Below, piece after piece: positions 7,177 through 16,754 of a stretch of DNA of 64,000 nucleotides. The notes below the pieces were generated by a model that saw only the letters and a program-made list of their open reading frames with translations, searched no databases and was not told the DNA's origin. How positions within the stretch are numbered: position 1 is the stretch's first letter; each line of letters begins with the position of its first letter. Source of the stretch: a virus (taxonomy: Duplodnaviria > Heunggongvirae > Uroviricota > Caudoviricetes); the IMG/VR virus record IMGVR_UViG_2687453623_000004; one strand, written 5' to 3'. A program made the translations under genes and the position numbers.

Positions 7177-10128
7177 ATGTCGGGACAGTTTTCAGTCGGC
7201 GTTGTTATCGGCGGGATGATTGGCAGCACATTCCGTTCTGCAATGAGCGGTACCCGCCGTGCGCTTGATTCCCTGAGCGATACCTCACGCCGCCTGCAGG
7301 AACGTCAGAACGCTTTAACCCGTGCAACAGAACGTTATGGTCAACTGGGTTCTTCCCGGATGCAGCATCTCAACAGCGAGCTGCTGCGGGTAAGCCGCAC
7401 CATGGAGCAAATTGAGCGCCAGCAGCGCCGTCTGTCAGCGGCATCCGCTACCAGTGATGCGCTGAAAGCTAACCGCATGGCGCTGTATGGTCAGGGGATT
7501 GAAGCGTATGGCATGGCACAGACTGTTTATCATACGGTTTCCCCTGCCGTTCAGCAGTCCATGTCTTTTCAGGACAAAATGATTGATATGTCGATCACCG
7601 CAAAATATGACAATAAAACGCGGGATGCACTTGCCGGACAGATAAAAGGCTGGGCGCTTAAATACAATCAGTATCAGGATGAGCTGCAGGAGGCGATGGG
7701 TTCACTCATCAGCGACAATATTGATAATGTGTCAGATATCGGTTTTCTGATGCCGGATATTGCCCGCGCGGCAACGGCAACACGCACGTCTGCTCAGGAC
7801 TGGGCAAAAGTGGCCGCAGTCTGGCAAAACTCCCTGAAAGGCGCGGCCAGAGATTTTGGTGCCGTTCAGAATATTATGGCTTATGCCGGTGACCAGGGGT
7901 CATTTGAAATCCCGGATCAGGTCAAGTGGATGCAGTCCCTGGCCCCAATGATGGCGGGTATTGCCAGTGGAAAAGAGGCTGTTGCTGAAATCGGGGCCAG
8001 TCTCCAGATAGCAAAAATCGGTGCAGGTTCCACCGACGAAGCAGCCAATAATTTTAAAAACTTTCTTACCAAAATTTTTGCCCGCGATACTCAGAAACAG
8101 TTTGCTGATCTGGGTATTGATTTGCAGGGATCTATTGCGAGTTATAAAGCTGCGGGGATCTCTCCGATTGAAGGGATGTTGAGTGTTATAGAACGTTACC
8201 TCAATGCCAAAAGCCCCGAAGCGCTGGCCGGCTTCAAATCAGCCATGAAAATAAAGAATGATACGGCAAGAGATGAGGCACTTCAGGCTCTGGCGAAAAA
8301 CTTTGGTCTGGGCGATATGTTCGCGGATATGCAGGTCATGGCATTTATCCGCCCGATGCTGGCCAACATGGACAGATATCGAGAGATCCGTGCCGGTGCT
8401 CTCAGGGCTGCGGATAACGATTTGCTTGCCAGTGCTTATGATCAGCGGCTGAAATCTCCCCTTGAAGCCACTAAAACACTTATGGTCAGCAGTCGCGATC
8501 TGGCAATTACGCTGGGCGATCAATTAGCTCCATCTTTTATTTCTCTGACTCAGGACTTGCTCCCACTCATTCAGGGGACAAAACACTGGGTGGCGACTCA
8601 CCCGCAATTTGTCAGTGGGGCTTTTAAGCTCATCAGTGCGCTCCTTGCGATTAAGATAGCGACTGTTGGTCTCAAACTGGGGCTGAATCTCCTTATTTCC
8701 CCCTTTGTGAACGTCTGGAAAACTGCTGTTTTACTCCGGACCAACTGGCATCGACTGACTACCGCACTCGGAGAAGGTGGCAAATTACGCTGGCTTGTCA
8801 CTGGATTCAGCCGACTGACCAGCGGAGGACTGAAACTCAGCAAAGTTCTGGCGGGCAGCCTCGTTCGCGGTTTTATGAGCGCTGCACGTGCCGTTCTCTG
8901 GATTGGGCGAGCGCTGATGATGAATCCCATCGGTCTCGTTATCACCGCTGTCGCGGCAGCAGCTTACCTTATCTACCGCAACTGGGGGGCAGTCAGTGGC
9001 TGGTTTAAACAGCGCTGGGCTGACATTCAGGAAGCCTTTAACGGCGGTATCGCGGGAACTGGTAAGCTGCTGATTAACTGGTCGCCGGCAGGCCTGCTCT
9101 ATAAAGCCTTTGCGGCTGCGCTGAAATATTTCGGCGTTACTCTGCCGGCAAAGTTCACCGACTTCGGTGGCCATCTTATCGACGGTTTGATTAACGGTAT
9201 CAAAAACAAATGGGGGTCGCTCAAATCCAGTGTAACCGGAATGGGTGACAGCATCAGTAGCTGGTTTAAACAATGCTGGGCTGACATTCAGGAAGCCTTT
9301 AACGGCGGTATCGCGGGAACTGGTAAGCTGCTGATTAACTGGTCGCCGGCAGGTCTGCTCTATAAAGCCTTTGCAGCTGCGCTGAAATATCTTGGTGTTG
9401 ATCTGCCGGCAAAGTTTACCGACTTCGGTGGCCATCTTGTCGATGGTCTGATTAACGGTATCAAAAACAAATGGGAGTCGCTCAAATCCAGTGTAACCGG
9501 AATGGGCGACAGCATCAGTGGCTGGTTCAGCGAAAAGCTGGGCATTCATTCGCCGAGCCGCGTGTTTATGGGCTTTGGTGACAATATCGCGCAGGGGGCC
9601 GCCATTGGCCTGCAGCGGACCACTCCGCTTGCAGCTCTGGCCGGGCAGCGAATGGCCAGTGAACTGCTCCCCAGAATGCCCGTGAGCATTCAGGGGCCAG
9701 AAATACGGGATAACACTTCAGGTGTTCGCTTCAGTATGCCGTTGCCCGATATCAATGGGTTTATGTCGTCTGCTAAAAATGCGATCGGAGCCGTAATCAA
9801 TAGTTTGTCTTCCATGCCCGCTATTCCGCTCTCCACCCGGGCATCGATTTTACCAGGGCAACGTCTGGCAAATGAGATGACACCGGATGTTCCCCGTATC
9901 CCCTCGCCTGAAATCCTGGCTGCCGGATATTCAGGCCGTGGTGCAGCTGCAACCGGCGGTGGAACGTCTGGTGGTATCCAGGTCAGCTTTAATCCTCAGT
10001 TTTTCCTCAATGGCAGGGAAACCACAGCGCCTGCAGGACTGACTGGTGCCCTGAATATGAGTCTGCATGAGCTGGAAAAAATGCTGGAGCGTCTGCTGGC
10101 TCAGAAACAACGTAAGGAGTACCGCTGA
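7177..10128 (+). CDS. tail tape measure protein
   Basis: 983-aa ORF after the chaperone pair; RBS ccggaggt upstream; helical N-terminal region, hydrophobic central segments, internal tandem duplication. Confidence 0.85.
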   Translation: MSGQFSVGVVIGGMIGSTFRSAMSGTRRALDSLSDTSRRLQERQNALTRATERYGQLGSSRMQHLNSELLRVSRTMEQIERQQRRLSAASATSDALKANRMALYGQGIEAYGMAQTVYHTVSPAVQQSMSFQDKMIDMSITAKYDNKTRDALAGQIKGWALKYNQYQDELQEAMGSLISDNIDNVSDIGFLMPDIARAATATRTSAQDWAKVAAVWQNSLKGAARDFGAVQNIMAYAGDQGSFEIPDQVKWMQSLAPMMAGIASGKEAVAEIGASLQIAKIGAGSTDEAANNFKNFLTKIFARDTQKQFADLGIDLQGSIASYKAAGISPIEGMLSVIERYLNAKSPEALAGFKSAMKIKNDTARDEALQALAKNFGLGDMFADMQVMAFIRPMLANMDRYREIRAGALRAADNDLLASAYDQRLKSPLEATKTLMVSSRDLAITLGDQLAPSFISLTQDLLPLIQGTKHWVATHPQFVSGAFKLISALLAIKIATVGLKLGLNLLISPFVNVWKTAVLLRTNWHRLTTALGEGGKLRWLVTGFSRLTSGGLKLSKVLAGSLVRGFMSAARAVLWIGRALMMNPIGLVITAVAAAAYLIYRNWGAVSGWFKQRWADIQEAFNGGIAGTGKLLINWSPAGLLYKAFAAALKYFGVTLPAKFTDFGGHLIDGLINGIKNKWGSLKSSVTGMGDSISSWFKQCWADIQEAFNGGIAGTGKLLINWSPAGLLYKAFAAALKYLGVDLPAKFTDFGGHLVDGLINGIKNKWESLKSSVTGMGDSISGWFSEKLGIHSPSRVFMGFGDNIAQGAAIGLQRTTPLAALAGQRMASELLPRMPVSIQGPEIRDNTSGVRFSMPLPDINGFMSSAKNAIGAVINSLSSMPAIPLSTRASILPGQRLANEMTPDVPRIPSPEILAAGYSGRGAAATGGGTSGGIQVSFNPQFFLNGRETTAPAGLTGALNMSLHELEKMLERLLAQKQRKEYR
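8988..9530. repeat. intragenic tandem duplication (two ~261-bp units plus a partial third) inside the tape measure gene
   Basis: Unit beginning tggtttaaacagcgctgggctgacattcagg recurs 261 bp later with few substitutions; the protein shows the ~87-aa block WFKQ…GMGDSIS twice in frame. Confidence 0.85.
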
Positions 10129-11012
10129 TGTTTGCCGTACTGGGTGATATTGAGTTTGAGCTGATTACCTACTGGGACGGCTTCGAGGCCACGTTCGGCG
10201 TCGATTATGCGGAGCATGCCCGCATCGGGGGTAAGCCTGGTCTGCAGTTCGTCGGCGACAGGCTGGACGAAATCCAGATAACTCTGGTTTTCCATCAGCA
10301 TTATTGTGTACCCGATGTGGAGCTGGCGAGACTGCGAACAGCCATGAAAGCCCATCAGGCACTGGCGCTGGTCTTCGGCAACGGTGACTATCGCGGCTGG
10401 TTCGTGATCACCGATGTGACTGCAACCAGCGAGCAGACTGACAGTACCGGCAACGTGCTGGCTGTCAGTGCCACCGTGTCTCTCCGGGAATACACCGGTG
10501 ACCCGAAAAATCCTCTGCAACCACCGGCAATACGCACGAAGCTCCCGGGTGTCGGGGCGGTCTCCGGTGCCATACCTTCACCTTCAGGGGTGGCGCAGTT
10601 CATCCGCAACGGCGTCAACTATGCGAAACAGGCGCAGTCTGTACTCCAGACCACTATCAGCGCCGTTCGGGTGACACAGAAAATGAAGGATAACCCCGTT
10701 GTCGCACTGACCCGTGTGCCGGGGCTGATGAGCGGACTGGGTAATATCTCCGGGGCTCTGGGGAAAAGTGTTCCGGCGTTTAACGCACTCTCTGAATCCA
10801 TGCCCGATGCCATCAGTCTGGCCAGAACAGCCAGCGAAGCAGCCACGTATGTACAGCAGGCACAGTCTGCGCTGAGTGGTGTGGACAAAAGAAATATTGC
10901 AGGTGCTCTGGATACCGTTTCCGGGCAGCTTAACGCCGTCGGCACAGCATTCAACCGCATGTCTCCGGGATTAAGTGCAATGGCCGCCAGAATACTGACG
11001 AGGAGTGTGTGA
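10128..11012 (+). CDS. tail protein with P2 gpU-like N-terminal region (Mu gp43 position)
   Basis: 294-aa ORF with start overlapping the tape measure stop; N-terminus MFAVLGDIEFE… resembles the P2 gpU family seen at 29387..29866. Confidence 0.5.
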   Translation: MFAVLGDIEFELITYWDGFEATFGVDYAEHARIGGKPGLQFVGDRLDEIQITLVFHQHYCVPDVELARLRTAMKAHQALALVFGNGDYRGWFVITDVTATSEQTDSTGNVLAVSATVSLREYTGDPKNPLQPPAIRTKLPGVGAVSGAIPSPSGVAQFIRNGVNYAKQAQSVLQTTISAVRVTQKMKDNPVVALTRVPGLMSGLGNISGALGKSVPAFNALSESMPDAISLARTASEAATYVQQAQSALSGVDKRNIAGALDTVSGQLNAVGTAFNRMSPGLSAMAARILTRSV

Positions 11013-11224
11013 TGTTTCTTGAACATGTTACCCGTGACGGAGAGCGCTGGGATTCGCTGGCATGGCAGTACTACGGTGACCCGCTGGGCTATCCCCGGAT
11101 TATTGCCGCCAATCCGCACGTGGCCATCACGCCGGTGCTGCCCTCCGGGCTGTTGTTACTGATCCCGGTGATTGAGGCTGAAGAAGCCCGTACAGAAGAG
11201 GATATTGCCCCATGGCTGAGATAA
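11009..11224 (+). CDS. tail protein X-like (LysM-like)
   Basis: 71-aa ORF; pattern …DSLAWQYYGDP…AANPHV… parallels P2 gpX (…DAICVRYYGRT…AANPGL…) found at 47519..47722. Confidence 0.5.
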   Translation: MMFLEHVTRDGERWDSLAWQYYGDPLGYPRIIAANPHVAITPVLPSGLLLLIPVIEAEEARTEEDIAPWLR

Positions 11225-12366
11225 ACAGCACTGCGCAAGTCACATCAGCGTTAACCGGCGTCAGCGATGTGCTGACACCGGTGTTCACTCTGTGGTATCT
11301 GCAGAAAAACATCACCTCTGATATCGCGCCTTATGTCACCCGTGTGACCTGGAGCGATAACATCAAAAATGAGTCCGATACCATTGAGGTGGAGCTGGAC
11401 GACACCGATGGCCGCTGGCTGGATAAATGGTATCCGGGCAAGGGTGACACGCTGACGCTGAAAATGGGCTATCAGGGCGAGAAGCTGCTGTCCTGCGGTA
11501 CGTTCTCTATAGACGAGATCGAAGTGAGTTCGCCCGCTTCCGTTGTTTCTATCCGTGGGGTGGCCACCTCGGTTAACAGTGCCCTGCGGACTAAAACCAG
11601 TCGTGGTTTTGAGAACACCACGCTGGCAGCTGTTGCGGGGCGGATTGCCAGAAAGCACCGGCTGAAACTGGTGGGCAGCATTGAGTCCATCAGAATCGAC
11701 CGGGTGACCCAGTATGCTGAAACCGACGTGGGTTTTCTGCGCCGGCTGGCCAGCGAGTATGGTTATGCAGTGAAAGTGGTCAGTGACCAGCTGATTTTTT
11801 CTCATCTGGCCACACTGCGCAGTCAGGAGCCGGTCAGGCAGTTAAAACCGCAGGATGTGGCCCGCTTTTCCCTGCGTGACACCATCAACCGGGTCTATAA
11901 ATCTGCAAAGGTAAAACACCAGAAAAGCAGCAGTAAAAAACTGATCGTCTACGAAGCTGATGGTGGTACCCGTGAAAGCGACAAAAAGCTCAAAGGTGGT
12001 AAGGTTACCAGCGCTGACTCACTTAAAGTTAACAGCCGCGTCAGCGACCCGGACAGTGCCCGGATTAAAGCGGATTCAGCACTGGCCAGACATAACGAAT
12101 ACCAGCAGAACGGCTCCCTGACGCTGACGGGAACACCTCAACTGACAGCAGGCAACAAAATTGAACTGGTGAGTTTTGGGCAGTTATCCGGGCCATGGCT
12201 CATAACCACTGCCCGCCATGCGTTTGACCGTAACAGCGGCTACACCACAGAGCTGGAAGTGGCACGGGGGCCAGTCACAAGAGGGAAAAAACAAAAAACT
12301 CAGAAACTCACGGTTTATCACCCGGATGGCAGTACATCGACGGTGATTAAGGAGAAGAAAAAATGA
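11212..12366 (+). CDS. baseplate hub / late-control gpD-like tail protein (Mu gp44-like)
   Basis: 384-aa ORF with architecture similar to P2 gpD including a lysine-rich C-terminal region. Confidence 0.6.
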   Translation: MAEINSTAQVTSALTGVSDVLTPVFTLWYLQKNITSDIAPYVTRVTWSDNIKNESDTIEVELDDTDGRWLDKWYPGKGDTLTLKMGYQGEKLLSCGTFSIDEIEVSSPASVVSIRGVATSVNSALRTKTSRGFENTTLAAVAGRIARKHRLKLVGSIESIRIDRVTQYAETDVGFLRRLASEYGYAVKVVSDQLIFSHLATLRSQEPVRQLKPQDVARFSLRDTINRVYKSAKVKHQKSSSKKLIVYEADGGTRESDKKLKGGKVTSADSLKVNSRVSDPDSARIKADSALARHNEYQQNGSLTLTGTPQLTAGNKIELVSFGQLSGPWLITTARHAFDRNSGYTTELEVARGPVTRGKKQKTQKLTVYHPDGSTSTVIKEKKK

Positions 12367-12959
12367 CTGGTGTCACTCGTCAGGTCGGTACGGTCAGTGC
12401 CGTTGATGCCGACAGGGTTCAGGCCCGCGTTCGTCTGCCTGAATGCGATAACCTGCGCACAAACTGGCTTAACGTGCTGCAGCGCAATACCCAGGATAAC
12501 AAAGATTACTGGCTCCCTGACGTGGGGGAGCAGGTTGAGGTGCTGCTCGATGCCAACGGCGAGGATGGTGTTATTCTGGGCGCGGTGTATTCAGACGTCG
12601 ATAAACCACCGTTCAGTGACAAAAATATCCGGGGAACCCGGTTTGCTGATGGTGCAGAGTACAGCTACAACCGGAAGACGCACACTCTGATCATCCGGGG
12701 CGGCATTGAGCATATTGTCATTGAGTGTGGTGCTGATGTGGTATTGAAAACACAGAAAGCCACGATTGACGCACCGGAAACCGAACTTACCGGAGATCTG
12801 CGTGTCAGGGGTAAGCTGATTTACGAAGGAGGCATGGCGGGTTCTGGTGGTGAAGGTGTTACCGCGACCATCCATGGCAATATCGAGATTAAAGGGAATG
12901 TCCATGCCACGGGCAGTATGTTGTCTGATGGCGAAAACTCCAGCCACCACTCCCACTGA
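12363..12959 (+). CDS. baseplate spike protein (P2 gpV-like / Mu gp45-like)
   Basis: 198-aa ORF; compares with P2 V at 44162..44797 in size and spike-like C-terminal region; histidine-rich C-terminus. Confidence 0.6.
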   Translation: MTGVTRQVGTVSAVDADRVQARVRLPECDNLRTNWLNVLQRNTQDNKDYWLPDVGEQVEVLLDANGEDGVILGAVYSDVDKPPFSDKNIRGTRFADGAEYSYNRKTHTLIIRGGIEHIVIECGADVVLKTQKATIDAPETELTGDLRVRGKLIYEGGMAGSGGEGVTATIHGNIEIKGNVHATGSMLSDGENSSHHSH

Positions 12960-13013
12960 GCTTTTTAAACGCCTTTAATATCAGCGTTCCCGCACGGGGG
13001 CAATACTGCCCCC

Positions 13014-13361
13014 ATGAAAACAACCTCAGTATTCTGGCAACCAGCCCTGCAGGCTCCCGGCGAAATTGTCCGGGGGCTGGATGATATCCGGCAGGCGATT
13101 CAAATTATCCTGCGGACTCCCCGCGGCAGCGACCCGCATCGCCCGGAGTTCGGCAGCAATCTGCATCTTTATATCGACTGGCCTGTAGACCGGGCCATTC
13201 CGCATGTGGTGCGCGAATCCGTCGATGCCATCCGGCGCTGGGAGCCCCGCTGCCAGCTTATGTCAGTTAAACCCGCCGTCGACGGCGAACATCTTACGCT
13301 CCGGGTGAGCTGGAAAGGCTCAGACGGACAGACCCGGACTCAGGAGCTGCTATGGCGCTGA
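13014..13361 (+). CDS. baseplate wedge protein (gpW / gp25-like)
   Basis: 115-aa ORF, same length as P2 gpW at 43818..44165, conserved position before the J-like gene. Confidence 0.6.
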   Translation: MKTTSVFWQPALQAPGEIVRGLDDIRQAIQIILRTPRGSDPHRPEFGSNLHLYIDWPVDRAIPHVVRESVDAIRRWEPRCQLMSVKPAVDGEHLTLRVSWKGSDGQTRTQELLWR

Positions 13362-14455
13362 CAGAACCCGATTTTATTGAACGCGATGCCGACAAAATCA
13401 CGGCAGAAATGATTGCGAAGTATGAAGCGGATACCGGCAAAACGCTGTACCCGGCACAGGCAGAACGTCTGCTGATTGATCTGTGGGCCTATCGCGAAAT
13501 GCTGGTCAGGGTTGCGGTACAGGAGGCAGCAAAGCAGAATCTGGTCGCCTTTGCCCGTGAGCCGATGATTGATTACCTCGGTGAACTGGTCGGTGTATAC
13601 CGTCTTGCCGCGCAGCCTGCCACCACCACGCTCCAGTTCTCCGTAGATGAGGCACTGGCCATTGATGTGCTGATCCCGGCAGGCACCCGCGTCAGCGCTT
13701 CCGACAGCGTTATTTTTGCCACCGATACAGATGTGGTACTGAAGGCCGGATTGCTGCTGGTCAATGTCACGGCCACCTGTACCGAACCCGGTACCGCTGG
13801 TAACGGCTGGCAACCTGCGCAGGTCAGTCAGTTACTCGATGAGATTGATAACGTTAACCTGCTGGTGAGCAATCTGATGGCCAGTTCCGGCGGTTCAGAA
13901 CAGGAAGACGATGACAGGCTCCGGGAGCGTATCAGGCTGGCCCCGGAGTCATTCACCAATGCCGGAAGCCGTGGCGCATACCGCTTTCATGCCATGCAGG
14001 CCCATCCCAACATTGTCGATGTTGCTGTGCTTTCCCCGGTTCCCGGGACCGTAGATCTGTATCCGCTGCTCAGTACCGGTCTGCCGGACGGCGGTGTTCT
14101 CACGCTGGTAGAGAGTTTCTGCTCTGATGAGAAAGTCAGGCCACTCACTGATACAGTGCGGGCTAAAACACCAGTGAAGGTGGATTACACCATTGAAGCC
14201 AGGATTACGATCTATCGTGATCAGGATGCCAGGTCTGTAAAAGATGCCGCTAACAGCGCCATACAGAACTGGGTGGCATCACGTGCCGCCACGCTGGGGC
14301 GCGATATTGTCCCCAGCCAGATTATCAGTGCATTGTCCGTTTCCGGGGTGTACCAGGTTGAACTGGTGACACCGGCACTGCGGGTGGTGGCAGAAAACGA
14401 ATGGGCAAACTGTACGGCAATCACTCTTAACATGACTGGAGTGTCTGATGACTGA
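13352..14455 (+). CDS. baseplate J-like protein (Mu gp47-like)
   Basis: 367-aa ORF overlapping the W-like stop; corresponds to P2 gpJ (42905..43813) in gene order. Confidence 0.65.
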   Translation: MALTEPDFIERDADKITAEMIAKYEADTGKTLYPAQAERLLIDLWAYREMLVRVAVQEAAKQNLVAFAREPMIDYLGELVGVYRLAAQPATTTLQFSVDEALAIDVLIPAGTRVSASDSVIFATDTDVVLKAGLLLVNVTATCTEPGTAGNGWQPAQVSQLLDEIDNVNLLVSNLMASSGGSEQEDDDRLRERIRLAPESFTNAGSRGAYRFHAMQAHPNIVDVAVLSPVPGTVDLYPLLSTGLPDGGVLTLVESFCSDEKVRPLTDTVRAKTPVKVDYTIEARITIYRDQDARSVKDAANSAIQNWVASRAATLGRDIVPSQIISALSVSGVYQVELVTPALRVVAENEWANCTAITLNMTGVSDD

Positions 14456-15026
14456 GCCATTACAACTCCCGCCACCGCTTGAGGGTGATATCAGTCTCAG
14501 GACGCTGGGAAGACTGGCAGGACGGCTGGATAACATCGACCTGAGCGTACTGATGGTCTTTCTCGTCGATATCGTCGACAGTTCCGCGCTGCCATGGCTG
14601 GGCGAGCAGTTCTCACTGTCTGGCGATGGCTGGGAGCTGGCGGAATCGGACGATGTTCGCCGCATGCTTATAAAAGCAGCCATCGAACTGCACCGGTATA
14701 AAGGGACGCCGTGGTCAATCCGGGAAGTTATCCGCCGTTTTGGCTTTGGTGAAGTGGATCTGATTGAAGGCACAGGTCGTCTCAGTTACGACGGCAATCG
14801 CAGCTATAACGGACTGTTTGTTCATGGAGATGCAGCCGCCTGGGCAGTTTATCGCGTTATTCTGAAACAGCCCATTACTAACGATCAGGCCGCGATGCTG
14901 CGTCAGACGCTGGCTGCATTTGCACCGGCCCGCTGCCATCTGGCCAGCCTGGAGTATCAGTCTGTGGCCATTCGCTATAACAATACCGCCATCCATGATG
15001 GCAGTTATAACCACGGGAGCAGTTGA
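14448..15026 (+). CDS. tail protein I-like (Mu gp48-like)
   Basis: 192-aa ORF overlapping J-like stop and fibre start; position equals P2 gpI. Confidence 0.55.
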   Translation: MTEPLQLPPPLEGDISLRTLGRLAGRLDNIDLSVLMVFLVDIVDSSALPWLGEQFSLSGDGWELAESDDVRRMLIKAAIELHRYKGTPWSIREVIRRFGFGEVDLIEGTGRLSYDGNRSYNGLFVHGDAAAWAVYRVILKQPITNDQAAMLRQTLAAFAPARCHLASLEYQSVAIRYNNTAIHDGSYNHGSS

Positions 15027-16276
15027 TTATGGGAAACCTGAATGAAACAGAAAAGTGGGAAGAAAATATCTATCAACTGGAGACATCAGATCCGGTTCTG
15101 GGTGGTGCAGACGGGATATCAAATCGAGCCCCCCGGCAACTGGCAAACAGGACGAAATGGCTGAAGAAGAAAACGGAGGAAGCCGCACAGTCACTGGCTG
15201 AACACGTACGTTCCCGTAACCACCCGGACGCGACACTGACAGCTAAGGGGTTCACCCAACTGAGCAGTGCCACCAACAGCACCTCTGAAACGCTGGCCGC
15301 CACACCAAAAGCGGTCAAGGCTGCATACGACCTGGCAGCCGGCAAGGCGCCTGCCAGCCACACTCACCCGTGGAGTCAGATAACGGGAGTGCCTGCGGCT
15401 TCACTGACGGCAAAAGGCACCGTACAACTGAGCAGCGCCACGGACAGTCAATCAGAAACTGAGGCTGCCACGCCGAAGGCGGTCAAGGCTGCATACGACC
15501 TTGCAGCCGGCAAGGCGCCCGTCAGCCACACTCACCCGTGGAGTCAGATAACGGGAGTGCCTGCTGCCTCGCTGACGGCAAAAGGCACCGTACAATTGAG
15601 CAGTGCCATCAACAGCACGTCTGAAATACTGGCCGCCACACCGAAAGCGGTCAAGGCTGCATACGATCTGGCAAACGGAAAACAACCGGCAGATGCCACG
15701 CTCACTGCTCTGGCAGGACTTGCCACTGCAGCAGATCGGTTGCCTTATTTTACCGGAGCAGACCGCGCAGAGCTGGCAACCCTTACAGCTATTGGTCGCG
15801 CTATTATCGCTAAGGGCAGTATAAAAGATGTCCTCAATTACCTTGGTTTGGGGGAAGGCTCGGCGCTGCCCGTTGGTGTACCTGTTCCGTGGCCCACTGC
15901 CACACCGCCAGCAGGCTGGTTAAAGTGCGACGGGCGCGCCTTTACAAAAGAACAATATCCTGTTCTGGCCAGAGTCTACCCGACCCTCCGTCTTCCCGAT
16001 TTACGCGGTGAGTTTATCCGTGGATGGGACGACGGGCGAAAAGTGGATACAGGGCGCGATCTGCTTTCACGGCAGGATGGTACAAGTTTTTCTCATTACG
16101 CAGGTAATTTTGACATTGGGTCTGGTCATTCAATCAATAACTATGACCAAATCGTTGACAACCAACCTGGATTCTCCCGTTTTTCATTTGCAGGTCCTTC
16201 GCGAGGCGATGGGGTTAATTATGTGACCATTCGTCCCCGTAACATTGCGTTTAATTACATCGTAAGGGCGGCATAG
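15023..16276 (+). CDS. tail fibre protein (constant region fused to variable cassette 1)
   Basis: 417-aa ORF; N-terminal collar motif ([23 protein letters not shown]…PKAVKAAYD) shared with P2 H at 39747..42371; three tandem ~56-aa repeats; C-terminus ends [11 protein letters not shown]. Confidence 0.8.
   Translation: MIMGNLNETEKWEENIYQLETSDPVLGGADGISNRAPRQLANRTKWLKKKTEEAAQSLAEHVRSRNHPDATLTAKGFTQLSSATNSTSETLAATPKAVKAAYDLAAGKAPASHTHPWSQITGVPAASLTAKGTVQLSSATDSQSETEAATPKAVKAAYDLAAGKAPVSHTHPWSQITGVPAASLTAKGTVQLSSAINSTSEILAATPKAVKAAYDLANGKQPADATLTALAGLATAADRLPYFTGADRAELATLTAIGRAIIAKGSIKDVLNYLGLGEGSALPVGVPVPWPTATPPAGWLKCDGRAFTKEQYPVLARVYPTLRLPDLRGEFIRGWDDGRKVDTGRDLLSRQDGTSFSHYAGNFDIGSGHSINNYDQIVDNQPGFSRFSFAGPSRGDGVNYVTIRPRNIAFNYIVRAA
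15236..15700. repeat. three tandem ~168-bp coding repeats inside the tail fibre gene
   Basis: Protein block LTAKG(F/T)(T/V)QLSSA…[12 protein letters not shown](A/N)GK… occurs three times consecutively; DNA copies start near 15236, 15404 and 15572. Confidence 0.8.
15831..15856. other. putative invertase crossover site 1 (gix/hix-like), at the constant/variable junction of the fibre gene
   Basis: Sequence …caattaccTTGGTTTgggggaagg…; homology with the inverted copy at 17874-17899 begins exactly here; central ACCTTGGTTT resembles the AAACCAAGGT core of hix-type sites as I recall them. Confidence 0.4.
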
Positions 16277-16294
16277 AAACGTTGGTTTGGGGGA
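16269..16294. other. putative invertase crossover site 2 (direct orientation)
   Basis: …tagaaacgTTGGTTTgggggaagg… immediately after the fibre stop codon; near-reverse-complement of site 3. Confidence 0.35.
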
Positions 16295-16748
16295 AGGCTC
16301 TGCATTGCCTGTTGGTGTACCGGTTCCATGGCCCACCGCCACACCGCCAGCAGGCTGGTTACAGTGCAACGGAGCTACGTTCACCAAAGAACAATATCCT
16401 GTTCTGGTCAGAGTCTACCCGACCCTCCGTCTTCCCGATTTGCGCGGTGAGTTTATCCGTGGATGGGACGGTGGTCGCAAGGTTGATACCGGGCGTGCGC
16501 TACTTTCATTTCAGGAAGGGACTATCGTATCCGGTTTTGATGATAATGATACCGGAGATATCAGTTCGCTCGGCTCTACACAATACGGATTTGGTGACGC
16601 TTTAACCTCTAATCAACTGGGGGTCTTAAATGGCAAAAAGTGGATATTTGATGCATCCTCTAAAGGTGCACAAAGATATGACTGGTGGGCTTATGTATCA
16701 GCTCGCCCCCGCAATATCGCATTTAACTATATCGTGAGGGCGGCGTGA
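16287..16748 (+). CDS. silent alternative tail-fibre C-terminal cassette (variable cassette 2; no ATG, no RBS)
   Basis: 153-aa frame starting at TTG; encodes (L)GEGSALPVGVPVPWPTATPPAGW…[11 protein letters not shown], a paralogue of the C-terminal ~140 aa of the expressed fibre. Confidence 0.5.
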   Translation: MGEGSALPVGVPVPWPTATPPAGWLQCNGATFTKEQYPVLVRVYPTLRLPDLRGEFIRGWDGGRKVDTGRALLSFQEGTIVSGFDDNDTGDISSLGSTQYGFGDALTSNQLGVLNGKKWIFDASSKGAQRYDWWAYVSARPRNIAFNYIVRAA

Positions 16749-16754
16749 TACCGT

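Noticed and set aside
8785-9549. 254-aa minus-strand ORF (and two 61-62-aa ORFs) inside the tape measure gene
   Set aside because: They mirror the 261-bp tandem duplication on the coding strand and lie wholly antisense to the tape measure gene.
16282-16605. 107-aa plus-strand ORF in an alternative frame across silent cassette 2
   Set aside because: The parallel frame (16287..16748) encodes a clear fibre-tip paralogue; this frame gives a low-complexity product.
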